A stretch of 64,000 nucleotides of DNA from Paragordius varius (Eukaryota; Animalia; Nematomorpha). The notes beneath the pieces were generated by a model. The model searched no databases. It worked only from the letters and a program-made list of their open reading frames with translations, and was not told the DNA's origin. This document shows positions 27,657-41,200 of the stretch, piece after piece. The first letter of the stretch is position 1. Each line of letters starts with the position of its first letter. Position numbers and translations under genes: made by a program. The stretch is taken from contig OZ176052.1 of assembly GCA_964247055.1 (NCBI GenBank), forward strand, positions 7,502,001-7,566,000, given 5' to 3'.

Positions 27657-28433
27657 CATAGCGTAAATCTCGTGCTACGCAGCCCGAGGAAGTCCTTCGG
27701 ACTTCTGGGGTGGGGGGGCTATTTGAAAAAGGGACAATAAAATTATCCACATATGTGGATTATTTTGAAACATTATTTAATAGCTAAGATCTCATAGGAA
27801 TTTCAAAACGGTGCATTCATACTAACATATTATTTACTTGAGCGAAAAATAGATTCAAAAATTACTTTTTTTTGAAAAAAATGGCATTTTACGGGGGGAG
27901 CGGGTAAAAAGAGGGCTAAATTAAAAAATCGAGCCGACTATGTTCGGCGCAATTGAAAATAAGTAAACAAAAATTATATTTGAAATTGAATGATCCAACG
28001 CGTTTTGGGGAAAATTGTCTCCAAGACACGATTTTTGTGGACTTGTTTTCAAAAAAGCCGTTTTTTACAGGGGTGGGCCTGAACTGGGGGCCTATAAAAA
28101 AAGGGCGTATATTGTCGGAGCATTCTTTAATGATTATATTTTTTCGACGTTTGGAATTGAATGGGTTACCGGTTTTCCGAAAACAGCACAAAGCCAGCAT
28201 TTTCCATACGACGGAGTTTTTAGCGGGCACCTCCTTACCCAGCAGCTATCATCAAAGAAACGCTTGACTAAATTTTACGCCTTTTAACAGGGAATACGTG
28301 GAATTTTTATTGAATTTTTACGGTCTCATACCTTGGGCGAAAAATGGATTCAAAATTTGGATTTGAATGGATCTACCGGGTTTTCGGAAACAGATCACAA
28401 AGCCATTACTTTCCATTTTTATAAATATATAGA
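27657..28433 (-). mobile_element. Non-autonomous Helitron, composite copy with a duplicated 5' segment
   Basis: Reverse-complement copy of 8850-9416. The 5' end TCTATATATTTAT is at 28433. The 3' hairpin has a 3-nt deletion and the CTAG is degenerate near 27657. The 5' segment occurs twice (about 28150-28205 and 28349-28433), separated by a block shared with 53010-53150 and 62690-62810. Confidence 0.85.
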
Positions 28434-28434
28434 T

Positions 28435-28718
28435 TATATACCAATTAAAGTTCAAATTCACCCTTGAACAATTTAATTCACCCTAAAATAAATTATGTGT
28501 TTTTAGATTAAAAATTACCTTATAATTTTAAAAATGAAATTTCGTTTAAAATTAATATAATACTGAAACAATAACAATAATAAACTATGCCATAAAAAAA
28601 TATTTTATATAATGTTGAGGTATATTAGGCCGAAAACACATTATTTTAGAGTGAATTTAAATTGTTAGAGGGTAAATTTGAATTGTTCGAGGGTGAATTT
28701 GATTGTAAATGGTATATA
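28435..28718. mobile_element. MITE-like inverted repeat with long imperfect TIRs and TA-rich flanks
   Basis: The left end TATATACCAATT...CAAATTCACCCTTGAACAATTT...CTAAAATAA is mirrored at the right end (TTATTTTAGAGTGAATTT...GAGGGTGAATTTG...AATGGTATATA). Confidence 0.55.
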
Positions 28719-30654
28719 TTTTTATCCCATGATACACCTAGTTTTTATTGGTTGTTTTTTGAATCGGTGATAGTCATGGCCCGTCAGACCCTACTCTATT
28801 TATAGAATATAGAATATATAATATATACCGGTAAATAATAATATCTTATTATCTTTACCTTTTTTAAGTGACCTTCTCGTACAATATATCTAAATATGAA
28901 TTAAATCAAAATAGGTAAATGGGGGTTGACCTTTCAAATATGTGCTAATATTTGTACCCACTTGTAACTTCGTCGTTATAACCTAATAGATAAATAAACA
29001 TCTATATATAATATTTTTCAAATATATATTATTTGATGACTTGTAAATTTTTTATATTTATATTTTACTTAATATCCGAATATGGATCATCTATTCGTTT
29101 AAACAGTAAGTTATTAAATAGCTCAAAAATTTTCAGCAAAAAATATATTTATAAATTTAATATTATTTCTATGTAACTATAGAAAATTATCCAAATTATA
29201 TTTAAAATGACTTGTAAACGCCTTATATAACGTAAAACAATTCAATATAAACCGATAATCCAAGTTTTGGAAATGTACTTTAAACCATTCTATACAAATA
29301 AGGCATATTTTCGATTCAAACTGAAAAAGTTTTATAATTAATTATGATAAAGATTAAAAACTAAAAATACTTCTAAAAAATTGTTAAGAATGCACATTCA
29401 TATTGACCAATTCACTTTTTGGCCAATTAATAATACACTATCGTATGAGAAAACATACAATAAATGGTTGAATTTATTTACTTTTTCCTATCTTGCAACA
29501 TTAATTTTGTTTATTTAATTATGGACAAAATTTGATCTATATCATACCTTACTCTATTACCTATTGGCCAACAATAACGTGAAATGGCCCACATAAATGT
29601 ACACAAACTTTGTCTCCAATAGACATTAGATAATAAACAAATTGTTTTTATCAATTTATAAAAATAAATTATATAATTGATTCACATTTTCGACCATCTA
29701 TGGGTCAAGATTTTCGGCCTGCATTTTCAATCTTTGGCGAAACATTGTATATTTGAGTTAACAGGTTTTTATCTTACGCTATCGAATAATTCCATACGGT
29801 ATGAGGTTTAGGGACAGGGTGTAACTTTTTCATGTTTTACAAATTAAACATTTATTTAATTTGCGATACCACCATTCTCCAAAAACATAATTAACACTGG
29901 GCCAGAAGGCGGATTTAATGAATCATGTGTTTATAAAAATAATTTGATTTGATTATGAATATATTAGGGGTTTAAATCCCAGAACACATCTGAAATTGAT
30001 TTTATCAAAAAAAATATTAAAAATATGACATTAAATGTTAAATTATTTTTGTACAATACATTGATAAAATATAAAGGTCACATATCAAGTTATTCTAAAA
30101 TTTACGCCAATAGTTGATCTATATTGGGTAAATAATTTATTTCACAATAATATCAATTTTTTAGAGGCTCGGTCAATAATTTTGTTAAATTTAATGATGC
30201 ATTGATTTTAAGTTTAGCTTGTGGCCAATAGCCTCGAATAATTGTAACAAAAATTGGGCATCCCATGATGTCAGCTTAAAATTCGACTCACAAATCAATC
30301 ATTATTCCAACTTTTTTCTACGGATGTGAAAGGTTGGACTTCAAAAAATCCAAATTTTCGCCCGATGGCATCTTTGGTAGTTGTTGAAAAAAACAAAAAT
30401 AAATAAAATTTAAGTTAAATGTGTGTATCAATAATTTAAATTGATATAATGGACAAAGAAAAGTATCACAAAAGAAACCGTTATAATCTCGAATGGCGCA
30501 TGTGACATAAATTTTATATAACACAAATATGTCTATTTTATTTTTCAACAAGTCCTGAGGATGCAATTGGCAAAAGTTTGAGTTTTTAATTAAAATTTTT
30601 TTATTTCCTACATTATTCTCGACGTTAATACGAATCTTATTTATAAAAATCCGA

Positions 30655-31005
30655 CCTACAGAAAACTCTTGCAAATAAAATGGACGGATAAAATAACTAA
30701 CAAGGCAATTTTAAATAAAATCAATCCCGATATGTCTTTGCTTGGAATGTCCATCCACACAAAACTATCCTACTTTGGCCACATTATAAGATCTAAATTG
30801 GAAAAATCCTTGATGTTGGGAAAAGTTAGTGGTACTTGTAAAAGGGGCCGAAGAAGGATAAGGTGGATGGACAATATTCTGCAAGAAACTAGCAAAACCT
30901 GGACAGAACTCAACATTAGAACTAAAAATCGCAACCTATGGAGAAGTTTTATTTACAAATTGCAAAAAGTCGAGCTCGACTGTAGCAATACACACACACA
31001 CATGT
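30655..31005 (+). mobile_element. 5'-truncated RTE-clade LINE, 3' fragment
   Basis: The ORF 30669-31013 carries the RTE C-terminal motifs WTDKITN, KLSYFGHIIRS, LMLGKVSG and KRGRRRIRWMDNI. It ends in a (CA)n microsatellite tail. Confidence 0.85.
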
Positions 31006-31387
31006 ATTCATAATTATGATATTTTATACTGCCCTGCATGTATATGTTGTGAGCTCGTGGTAAGGAACGACCTATTTATTTTAGCGATCAGCACTTATTG
31101 CATATTTATATGGGGTTTAACAAGATTTTGGATGATATAAATGCATCCATGGTTTTAGATCATTTTATAATCACCAATTCGAGCGCCTTAGGTAGCAGAA
31201 GTTTAGCAATAGCAATTTGCATAGATATGTGAATAGAGAAATTAAGCATAAAAGAAATTAACGGAATTGAAGGAGTCGACAAACAAAATTATTGATTTAA
31301 GCATAAACATTCTGAATAAATACGTTTTAGTTCAGGAGGGAATATTTATTTTATATAAGATTAACCAATAATTTTAAATAAAGTTAG

Positions 31388-34300
31388 CACCATAAATTCA
31401 ACAATTTGCGCATGTTTCGTGATACAGAAAACTCTAGTTATAAATTTTACTAACAATTGTATGGTCTTTACTATTTATAAAAACAGGCGATTGTCCCCGG
31501 CCTTGCGGAATATCTTTGGTAAGGCCGTTAGCTCCTTGTGGCAAAGTTTCTCAATACATAATAAATGGTAACGTTTCTCGAAAAGGGGCCTGGCCATGGC
31601 TGGTTTATATATTATTTTCTTTTTTGGAAAAGAATTAAATATATATATGTTTTATTGGATTTATTTTGCAAATAAAGTTCAAATTAAATAAAGAAAGGTA
31701 AATACCAATTTATTCTTTGTTAATTACCAAAAATTCAAAATATAGACTTTAATGAAAACATTTACCTAATTCATGTAAATGATTTTTATATAAAGAGTTT
31801 GCTAATTTTTTATTTATATGGATTTTCTTATATACTTTTTAGGTCAAAATTGAAGTTATTTGGTATGACGATAATTACCGCTATAAGAAACAGTGTGGGG
31901 GAGCTATTATATCCGATAATTATATTCTTACCGCTGGTCATTGCCTTTATCAAAAGTAGTATTTAATATTAATTATATTCTACACCCCTGTCATAATGAA
32001 CCAATTATGGAAAATACCAGGTGTTTTATAAGTTATTATTGGTTAAACTAAGTAAAGCAGACAGCGAATAGTAAGACGATTAATTTGATACAGATCTCAT
32101 TTTGTTCAGCCATCAAATTACAAACACGCATAGCTTGAGTTGACCGAAAACTAGTGTTTGTTTTAATCAATCAGTAATCATGTCTTGTGCCTGAAAAGAA
32201 CATTTGCGCATTGCCATCAAAAGATAAGGGCTGTTCAAAGTTATCGTTTATTAGTAGAAACATATGGTTAACATACCTTATTGAACCCATGTAAAACATG
32301 GTTTCGAATATTAAAAGTTTTGATTTTATGTGAAAGAATGTAGGCCCTCTGGTAAACAACAATATAAAAACGATTAAACCCAACAAAACTCAACGGCAAT
32401 TCAACGGCAATTGACAGAAACATTATATTTATTACAAAAAATCATCAATAGATGTTCAGACTAATGGGAGATACCAATCGGATGGGTTCCACACAATTTT
32501 ATGAACGTCAAATCGCAAAGTAACTGGTAATATACTACTTTAACCTCATGAAAAGATATCTTTTGCATCGAATTGGAACGAGTGATGAGAAATGGGTTTA
32601 TTTTGTGGGTCGGTTGAATAAAAAATAAGTATAACACATTTCTTGTTTTTCAACTAAAAAAATTAGTCCCTGTCTGTTTAGATGGTTTCTTTGGAATCAC
32701 CAAAGGATATTTCTCTTTTGAAAAACGAATGATATTTACAATTTTTTTCATTGTCTTATCTATCAGAACTTAGTTTGGCGCTTAAAAGATGAGCAACTTG
32801 ATATAGTAATTAAAAGGGCTGCCGGTATACTTAATCAGATCAGTGTAGATTCAATCTTCTGAATTTTAACACAGTAGGTTTAAAAAACTTATACTGCAGT
32901 AAGATGGAAGGTCTGAGTAGAGTTTTATATAGAATATTTGTTTTAAAACATGAAATATTATTTATGAAAAAACCGAAGTTGGACAAAGACATCTACAATG
33001 AAAAATGTGAGTTACAATGGCTTATCTTTGCGACATTCAAAATATTTAGTGAATTTTCAAATCAAATATCTTATTTTAAGAAAAAGTAAATATACAGATT
33101 TTATTTATATTGTTTCTATATTTTACAACATGGGAATTCTAATAAACTCTTCGATTCAATGGTATATCTAAATACCCTAGACTAAATTTAAATTAAATTT
33201 TCTAAAAAACTACTGAAGAAAACAGTCCCAATTTAAATTTATGCTTCCATCCTAATAAAAATTATTTAAAAGTCCAAAATATCTAAAAAAAATTTCGTTT
33301 TGAAAAAAAAGTTCCAACTACTTGGACGCCATTTATCTGCAAAAATTTTGCAAAATACCGGGTTTATTTAATTCTAACGTTAAAATTAAAGCTAATTATT
33401 TATTCAAATTACATCTAACATTGAAAAAAAATAGAAAAAGTGGTTAATTTTTTTATTATTTTTCAATTTAGCCAATGCACATATGTTGCGTTAACTTAAT
33501 TTTTACCTTTGGGTTTTACATTAAAAAAAGAAATATCTAGTATTTTTGAATTAATTTTTTTATATATTTCGGTTTATTGATGTTATATGAGTGCAAATTT
33601 TGCAATGGTTTCGATTCCTTCCATACTTTTAAAGTATTTAATCTTAAACAGGCCTGGGGTATCCAACCCCAATTTAAATCGAAGGACTGAAATGTATGTG
33701 TTGTATCCAAGTGTTAACTGAACTCAAATTAAGGTTACCATTTACATTTTTATCTAATGAGAATAAAATGGAAATAATTTGAAGATATTAAAAATTGCTT
33801 TCTTAAAACTCGTCGAAAATCCATGGTGTATATGTACCAAATATTAAGTACCTTGCGGAATTCGGTTTTGATCAGGCGCTTTGAAATATGTCTTAATTCG
33901 AAAATGGTTCCAATTTGATATGCCAAATATACTAAAATTAATAGAAGTTTACATTAATTTAAGTTTTATTACATATATTTTAATCTATCACGTGATAAGC
34001 CTAGTTCCAATTTATAACCATTAATTTTAGTTATTTGATCTCTATCCTAATAGTTGAACCCCATTTCCACATTGTATCGGTTATCATACAACCGATTTGG
34101 TTTTTTAAAGAAGCAATTATCTTAAATATTTTTGAACCATAAACATATATATTATTTTACTAATTTTTTGTAAATACTTCAGTATAAATAACTCGGTTAT
34201 GATGGATATATCGACTAATAATAACAGATATTAATTATTTATATCCATTTTATATAATCGAGAAATTAAGGGGACTCGAAGAATGTACTCGCTATTCTGC

Positions 34301-35038
34301 TTGTAAAATTCATATAAAATTTATCCTAGCATAATTATATTAATATTTTATAGCAATGTCAGTTTAGCGATGCGGAAAACAATAAAGATTTCAACAGAAA
34401 TCTCTTCAAAACCAATCAGAGTTAAATCCTATGTCCTTCATCCAAAACATCTTTTTTTAAAGCCAAAACATGATTTAGCTTTGATTCATGTTAAAGATGC
34501 ATTTAATATAAGCAAATCAAAATTTAATAAAGCTTGCCTCCCGAATGATTTTATGATAGGTCAACCAACAAATGAATGTTACATAGCTGGATATGGCCAT
34601 TTTAATCGTAATTCCCAAATATTATATCAAATAATAAAAAATACCATTTTTTAACAAATTTAAAGCTTTCAATTATCCACATTATGTTTAGGGACGGTTC
34701 CAGTCATGTCAGAACGAATCCGCGAAACTTGCATGAAATTCCAACATTATGAAGAATGCTCAACCCATAAATCCCTAACTGTCCCATTAAAAAATGCCAT
34801 TTACAACCGTCAATTGGGCTGTGGTTTACCCATGTCTTATGGACATACAGATAAGATGACTTACTGCGCAAAAGGGGATTCGGGAACTCCGATTGTATGT
34901 AAAGTTGGAAGCCAAATGCAAATACTGGGTGTTATGGCCAAAGGAGCTGTCAGAGAAATTTGTACTTTCGTTAACATTACTATGGTTGAAAATAATAGAT
35001 GGATCCATGAAACCTTGACTCATAACATTTTATCGTAA
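31388..35038 (+). CDS. S1 (trypsin/chymotrypsin-fold) serine protease; start codon not located
   Basis: Exons 31388-31458, 31487-31602, 31843-31955, 34354-34607 and 34692-35038 join in phase. Motifs: pro-peptide CG, activation site Y|IINGN, GAWPWL, CGGAIISDNYILTAGHC (His), HDLALI (Asp) and GDSGTP (Ser). Confidence 0.9.
32400..32800 (+). mobile_element. Decayed mariner transposase relic in a protease intron
   Basis: Broken frames retain GWVPHN (mariner WVPHEL motif, about 32480) and LHRIGTSDEKWVYF (mariner first catalytic Asp region, from 32563). The element boundaries are not defined. Confidence 0.7.
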
Positions 35039-35279
35039 CGGCAAATTAAGGAGTGCAATTCGATTATTTTGAGAATAAATAATTTACATTTTCTGACCAA
35101 TTGCCTATAACGGGTTAAAACGAATTAACAGCAAGCATAATTGGTCTTTTTGATTAAAAAACAGAATTTATTCTATTGCAATTGTTTTATCACATTTACG
35201 GAAGTAATATTGGTGGTAAGTTTTGAGTTGTTGTACAAAAATATAAAACTTTATGGACATATATGATTTCCAAAAACTA

Positions 35280-38200
35280 CTAATTACATTTCAATTGATC
35301 ACTAATATTGCTTAAGATATCATCGAAACAATTATTTGTCGTAGACGATTCGAACTCTGAGAAAAGATCATTAACTGAAAAATCATTATAGGCACCATTA
35401 TCTTGATCGTTGACATCATTTTCGTTTTCGAAAAACCAGTCCTTATTGTTATCCATCATAGCTTTGGCGGTAACAGCTCGGTTTTCTGTTTCAGAATCTA
35501 AAACAAAATTTGATAAAGAAATTCAAAACTCAAAAATCTGATTTCGCATTAATAGGTAAATTTTATAATAGTTAAGATATAATTTGATTTTTTCAATAAG
35601 CGCCTTACTCATAATGGGCTTGTGTATAATAATAAGTAGCGCTTTTATATGAATTAACTCATGCTTATTAGTTATTATAATGTATTGAAATGAAACAGTT
35701 AAAAGTATCGTCTAACTTCCCATTTACTAGTGAAATTTAAATATCTATATTTTAAGCCAAAAACATTTTAACTTTTTTCAAACTTCTGTACAATAATATA
35801 AAATACCACATAAAATTAAAAAAATAATTATTTTAATACTATTCCATTCGTGCATAAAGGACACAATTGGGGAGATTATGAAGCGCATCTACTCAATTGC
35901 ACAACGAATTCGAAAATTTATTACAATAATTTAATAATGGCAAAACATAAGAGTAAAAGACTAATATTTGTTATAAAGAAAACCATATTGATTATTGTAA
36001 TTTGAATATAAATTGGATCATAAGATATAATATTGAGTATTTTCATTGCTATTCTCTATTTCGCAACTCAATACAATAGTTTATACCAGGGGTGGCCCGC
36101 AAAAAATTTGAAAATCCATAAATTATAAATATAGGCTTAAAAATCTTGATAAAATTTATATTATTTACATAATAAATTTTTGTTAATAAATCTAACCAAG
36201 CGACAAGAACAAGAATTCGCTATATTGTGTTTGTGTTTTCCATTTTATGTTATTTAATAAATTCCTAATTACAGTATGCATTTTAATGTATGTTAAGTAA
36301 TTTTATTGCCTGCCAAAAAACATAAATGGTTTATCAAATGCGTAAAATACTGACCCACAAAATTATTTCGCAGTACACCTATGAAAGAGGATTGACGTGA
36401 GAATTAACATAGCTTTTGATTTGATGGATATTTTGTAATGTTAAATTTTGAGAATATTATAGGAATTTATGTTAACATTTGAAATATTGTTGATACGCAT
36501 TTAGATGAGGAATTTTGTGGGATTTTATCTTTGATAAATTAATAAATAGTAAAATACGTATTTTAAGATTTTTTATGTTTCCTAAATTTAATATTTTATA
36601 TTTTTCAACATGCTAAATACCTGTATTAATTAATATTGGTATTATAATTTTATTTAGTTGTTGTTATTAATTAAAAAAACACAGGTAAATACATATTTGT
36701 GAAAAATTAAATGGTATTTAGATATTTTTGTCTTTTATGTTTTGCATTGTTAATTATTGATAATTTTTAAGCATTTCAGACATTTTAATAAGGTAAAAAT
36801 TCCAGTTTTTAAATTTAGTCAAATTTATTTATTTTTTGTTTTTTTATTTAATATTACTATTTGTAATTAACTACTACATATTTTGGACATTTTAATAATT
36901 ACAGGTAAAAATTGCGGTTTTTAACAAATTTAGTAAAAATTTAGTTTTTTTTTGTTTTTTTAGGTTTTTCATTTTTAATTGTAATTAATTACTACATATT
37001 TTGGACATTTTAATAAATACAGGTAAAAATTGTGGTTTTTAACAAATTTAGTAAAATTTTAGTTTTTTTTGTTTTTTTAGGTTTTTCATTGTTAATTGTA
37101 ATTAATTACTATATATTTTGGACATTATGATAAATACAGATAAAAATTGCGGTTTTTAACAAATATAGTAAAAATTTAATTTTTTTTGTTTTTTAAGTTT
37201 TGCATTGTTAATTGTAATTAACTACTACATATTTTGGACATTTTAATAAATACAAGTAAAAATTGTGGTTTTCAACAAATTTAGTAAAAATTTAGTTTTT
37301 TTTTGTTTTTTTAGGTTTTTCATTGTTAATTGTAATTAATTACTATATATTTTGGACGTTATGATAGATACAGGTAAAAATTGCGGTTTTTAACAAATAT
37401 AGTAAAAATTTAGTTTTTTTTGTTTTTTAGGTTTTGCATTGTTAATTGTATTAACTACTACATATTTTGGACATTTTAATAAATACAAGTAAAAATAGTG
37501 GTTTTTAACAAATTTAATAAAAATTTAGTTTTTTTAGGTTTTTCATTGTTAATTGTAATTAATTACTATATATTTTGGACATTATGATAAATACAGGTAA
37601 TAATTGCGGTTTTTAACAAATATAGTAAAAACTTAGTTATTTTTGTTTTTTAGGTTTTGCATTGTTAATTGTAATTAACTACTGCATATTTTGGACATTT
37701 TAATAAATGCAAGTAAAAATAGTGGTTTTTAACAAATTTAGTAAAAATTTAGTTTTTTTTGTTTTTTTAGGTTTTTCATTGTTAATTGTAATTAATTACT
37801 ACATATTTTGGACATTATGATAAATACAGATAAAAATTGCGGTTTTTAACAAATAAATGTAACATTTTTTGTATTTTGTATCATTGTTATTTAATTAATT
37901 ACTAAATATTTTGGACATTTAAAAAACTGGTGTAAATTGCGGTTTTTAATAAATTAGTAAAATTTTAAATTTTTTGTTCAACCTTGCTAATTTATTTTGT
38001 CACTATATATTTGTGATACATTGATATATACAGGTAAAAATTACTATGATTTGCGGTTTTTTAAATTTTTTAAAATATTAGTTATTGTTTTACCATAACT
38101 AATATATTAAATATTAACATATCTGAGCAGGTAAAAATGCATGTTACGGTTTTATGTTTGACATTTTATTCCAAATCAACTATTTATATTTTAATAAACA

Positions 38201-41200
38201 CCTTATGTCATTAAAGATTGAAAATAAGATCAAAATATATAAAACATCTTTTAAAATATCTGAATATCGCCAAATATAAATAAATTTATTTAAATTATAA
38301 ATGTATAATTATACAAAATATTCATAATATTTGTTTGAAATTAATATTCTTCTTATTGATATTAATACAGGTAATTTATTTATATAATGATCTACGATGC
38401 GGTGTGCGTTCATGATGATCATATAGATTGAATAATAGTCTGATATGCAATAATTAAATGCAGATAATCCTGAAAATTTACCATAATTTTCTAGGTGGAT
38501 TCTATCAACTAAAATATAAGATAATTAATATATTAGAAAATTGATACCTGGATTCTAGAAGTATTTTCAACATAATTTTAAATATTGGGAGCTAAAACAT
38601 TCAAAGTTTGAAAGGAAACTCAATAAGCTTGACTTGGCTTTTTAACAACTAAATTTGCAAAAAAATATTTTCTTCATGATAAAAAATTCAAAAATGATAC
38701 TTTATGTTTTTTTCGTTCTACCATCCTAAACTATAAATATAAAAAACTATATGTTAGTGTTGCCTTGCTTAGTTTTTGGAGTGCTGTTGCATTCAAAGCT
38801 TTTAAAAATAAATATTTGTTTCTATTTTCTATTTGACGTCATTGGTATGGTGAAATCGTATAAGCCTTTTCATATTTATAGTTTAGGATAATAAAAAAAA
38901 ATAAAGTATCATTTTTGAATTTTTTATCATGAAGAAAATATTTTTTGTTCCCTTTTCAAACTTTGAATGTTTACCCAAAATTTAAAATTATGTTGAAAAT
39001 ACTTCTAGAATCCAGGTATCAATTTTCTAATATATTAATTATATTATATTTTAGTTGATAGAATCCACCTAGAAAATGATGGTAAATTTTCAGGATTATC
39101 TGCATTTATTATTGCATCTCAGACTATTATTCAATCTATATGATCATCATGAAAGCACACCGCATCGTAGATCAATTATATAAATAAATTACCTGTATTA
39201 ATATCAATAAGAAGAATGTTAATTTCAAACATAATATTATGAATATTTTGTATAATTATACATTTATAATTTAAATAAATTTATTTATATTTGGCGATAT
39301 TCAGATATTTTAAAAGATGTTTTATATATTTTGATCTTATTTTCAATCTTTAATGACATAAGGTGTTTATTAAAATATAAATAGTTGATTTGGAATAAAA
39401 TGTCAAACATAAAACCGTAACATGCATTTTTACCTGCTCAGATATGTTAACTATATTTAATATATTAGTTATGGTAAAACAATAACTAATATTTTAAAAA
39501 ATTTAAAAAACCGCAAATCATAGTAATTTTTACCTGTATATATCAATGTATCACAAATATATAGTGACAAAATAAATTAGCAAGGTTGAACAAAAAATTT
39601 AAAATTTTACTAATTTATTAAAAACCGCAATTTACACCAGTTTTTAAAATGTCCAAAATATTTAGTAATTAATTAAATAACAATGATACAAAATACAAAA
39701 AATGTTACATTTGAAATTTGTTAAAAACCACAATTTTTACCTGTATTTATCATAATGTCGAAAATATGTAGTAATTAATTACAATTAACAATGAAAAACC
39801 TAAAAAAACAAAAAAAAACTAAATTTTTACTAAATTTGTTAAAAACCACAATTTTTACTTGTATTTATTAAAATGTCCAAAATATGTAGTAGTTAATTAC
39901 AATTAACAATGCAAAACCTAAAAAACAAAAAAAAACTAAATTTTTACTAAATTTGTTAAAAACCGCAATTTTTACCTGTATTTATCATAATGTCCAAAAT
40001 ATATAGTAATTAATTACAATTAACAATGAAAAACCTAAAAAAACAAAAAAAAACTAAAATTTTACAATATTTGTTAAAAACCGCAATTTATACCTGTATT
40101 TATCATAATGTCCAAAATTATAGTATTTAATTACAATTAACAATGAAAAACCTAAAAAAACAAAAAAAACTAAATTTTTACTAAATTTGTTAAAAACCAC
40201 AATTTTTACCTGTATTTATTAAAATGTCCAAAATATGTAGTAATTAATTACAATTAACAATGAAAAACCTAAAAAAACAAAAAAAACTAAATTTTTACTA
40301 AATTTGTTAAAAACCGCAATTTTTACCTGTAATTATTAAAATGTCCAAAATATGTAGTAGTTAATTACAAATAGTAATATTAAATAAAAAAACAAAAAAT
40401 AAATAAATTTGACTAAATTTAAAAACTGGAATTTTTACCTTATTAAAATGTCTGAAATGCTTAAAAATTATCAATAATTAACAATGCAAAACATAAAAGA
40501 CAAAAATATCTAAATACTATTTAATTTTTCACAAATATGTATTTACCTGTGTTTTTTTAATTAATAACAACAACTAAATAAAATTATAATACCAATATTA
40601 ATTAATACAGGTATTTAGCATGTTGAAAAATATAAAATATTAAATTTAGGAAACATAAAAAATCTTAAAATACGTATTTTACTATTTATTAATTTATCAA
40701 AGATAAAATCCCACAAAATTCCTCATCTAAATGCGTATCAACAATATTTCAAATGTTAACATAAATTCCTATAATATTCTCAAAATTTAACATTACAAAA
40801 TATCCATCAAATCAAAAGCTATGTTAATTCTCACGTCAATCCTCTTTCATATGTGTACTGCGAAATAATTTTGTGGGTCAGTATTTTACGCATTTGATAA
40901 ACCATTTATGTTTTTTGGCAGGCAATAAAATTACTTAACATACATTAAAATGCATACTGTAATGCCCCTATGTATATATTTGAATGCGGCCCACGAAATC
41001 ATTTGTGTTGGGCACCCCTGGTTTATAGAATAAACACCTTCTCGCATGATGTTTTCGATAAATACCATTTAAAAAGGGTCATTATGTGTAAAAAAACAAG
41101 TCTTTTACTTTTTATATGTTTTGCTCCTATATTTCTAATTTTCTATAGCAATAAATTGTGGACTAAAATTAAAACCAAAATATTATTATTATATTACTCA

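Larger units (their letters stand above)
36272..40959. mobile_element. 4.7-kb non-autonomous foldback transposon (Tc1/mariner-like CAGT termini, TA TSD)
   Basis: TA|CAGTATGCATTTTAATG ... CATTAAAATGCATACTG|TA. The arms 36272 to about 38745 and about 38867 to 40959 are near-identical reverse complements around a spacer of about 120 bp. There is no long ORF. Confidence 0.92.
36087..41020. mobile_element. Buster-type hAT MITE (about 245 bp net) split by the foldback insertion
   Basis: Ends CAGGGGTGGCCC (36087) and GGGCACCCCTG (41020). 8-bp TSD GTTTATAC / GTTTATAG (7/8) with a central TA, as for Buster hATs. Confidence 0.85.

Noticed and set aside
30318-30674. 118-aa minus-strand ORF and other AT-rich ORFs (e.g. 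11629, 13593, 20255, 26427, 61604)
   Set aside because: Their I/F/K/N-biased composition is typical of random AT-rich frames. They have no motifs and no convincing splice context, and several lie antisense to or within introns of identified genes.
36871-37920. Regularly spaced repeats as a CRISPR array
   Set aside because: The whole unit of about 118 bp is repeated with no unique spacers, there are no cas genes, and the context is a eukaryotic intron.
37920-39640. Coding capacity or a transposase in the foldback core
   Set aside because: The ORF track has no ORF of 60 aa or more here, and I see no DDE motifs on either strand. The element is non-autonomous.
36272-40959. The giant palindrome as an amplification or long-read fold-back artefact
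   Set aside because: The arms differ in repeat copy number and by scattered substitutions. There is a unique spacer, a TA duplication at both ends, and a host MITE with its own TSD continuing across the insertion. A third diverged terminus exists at 54083.
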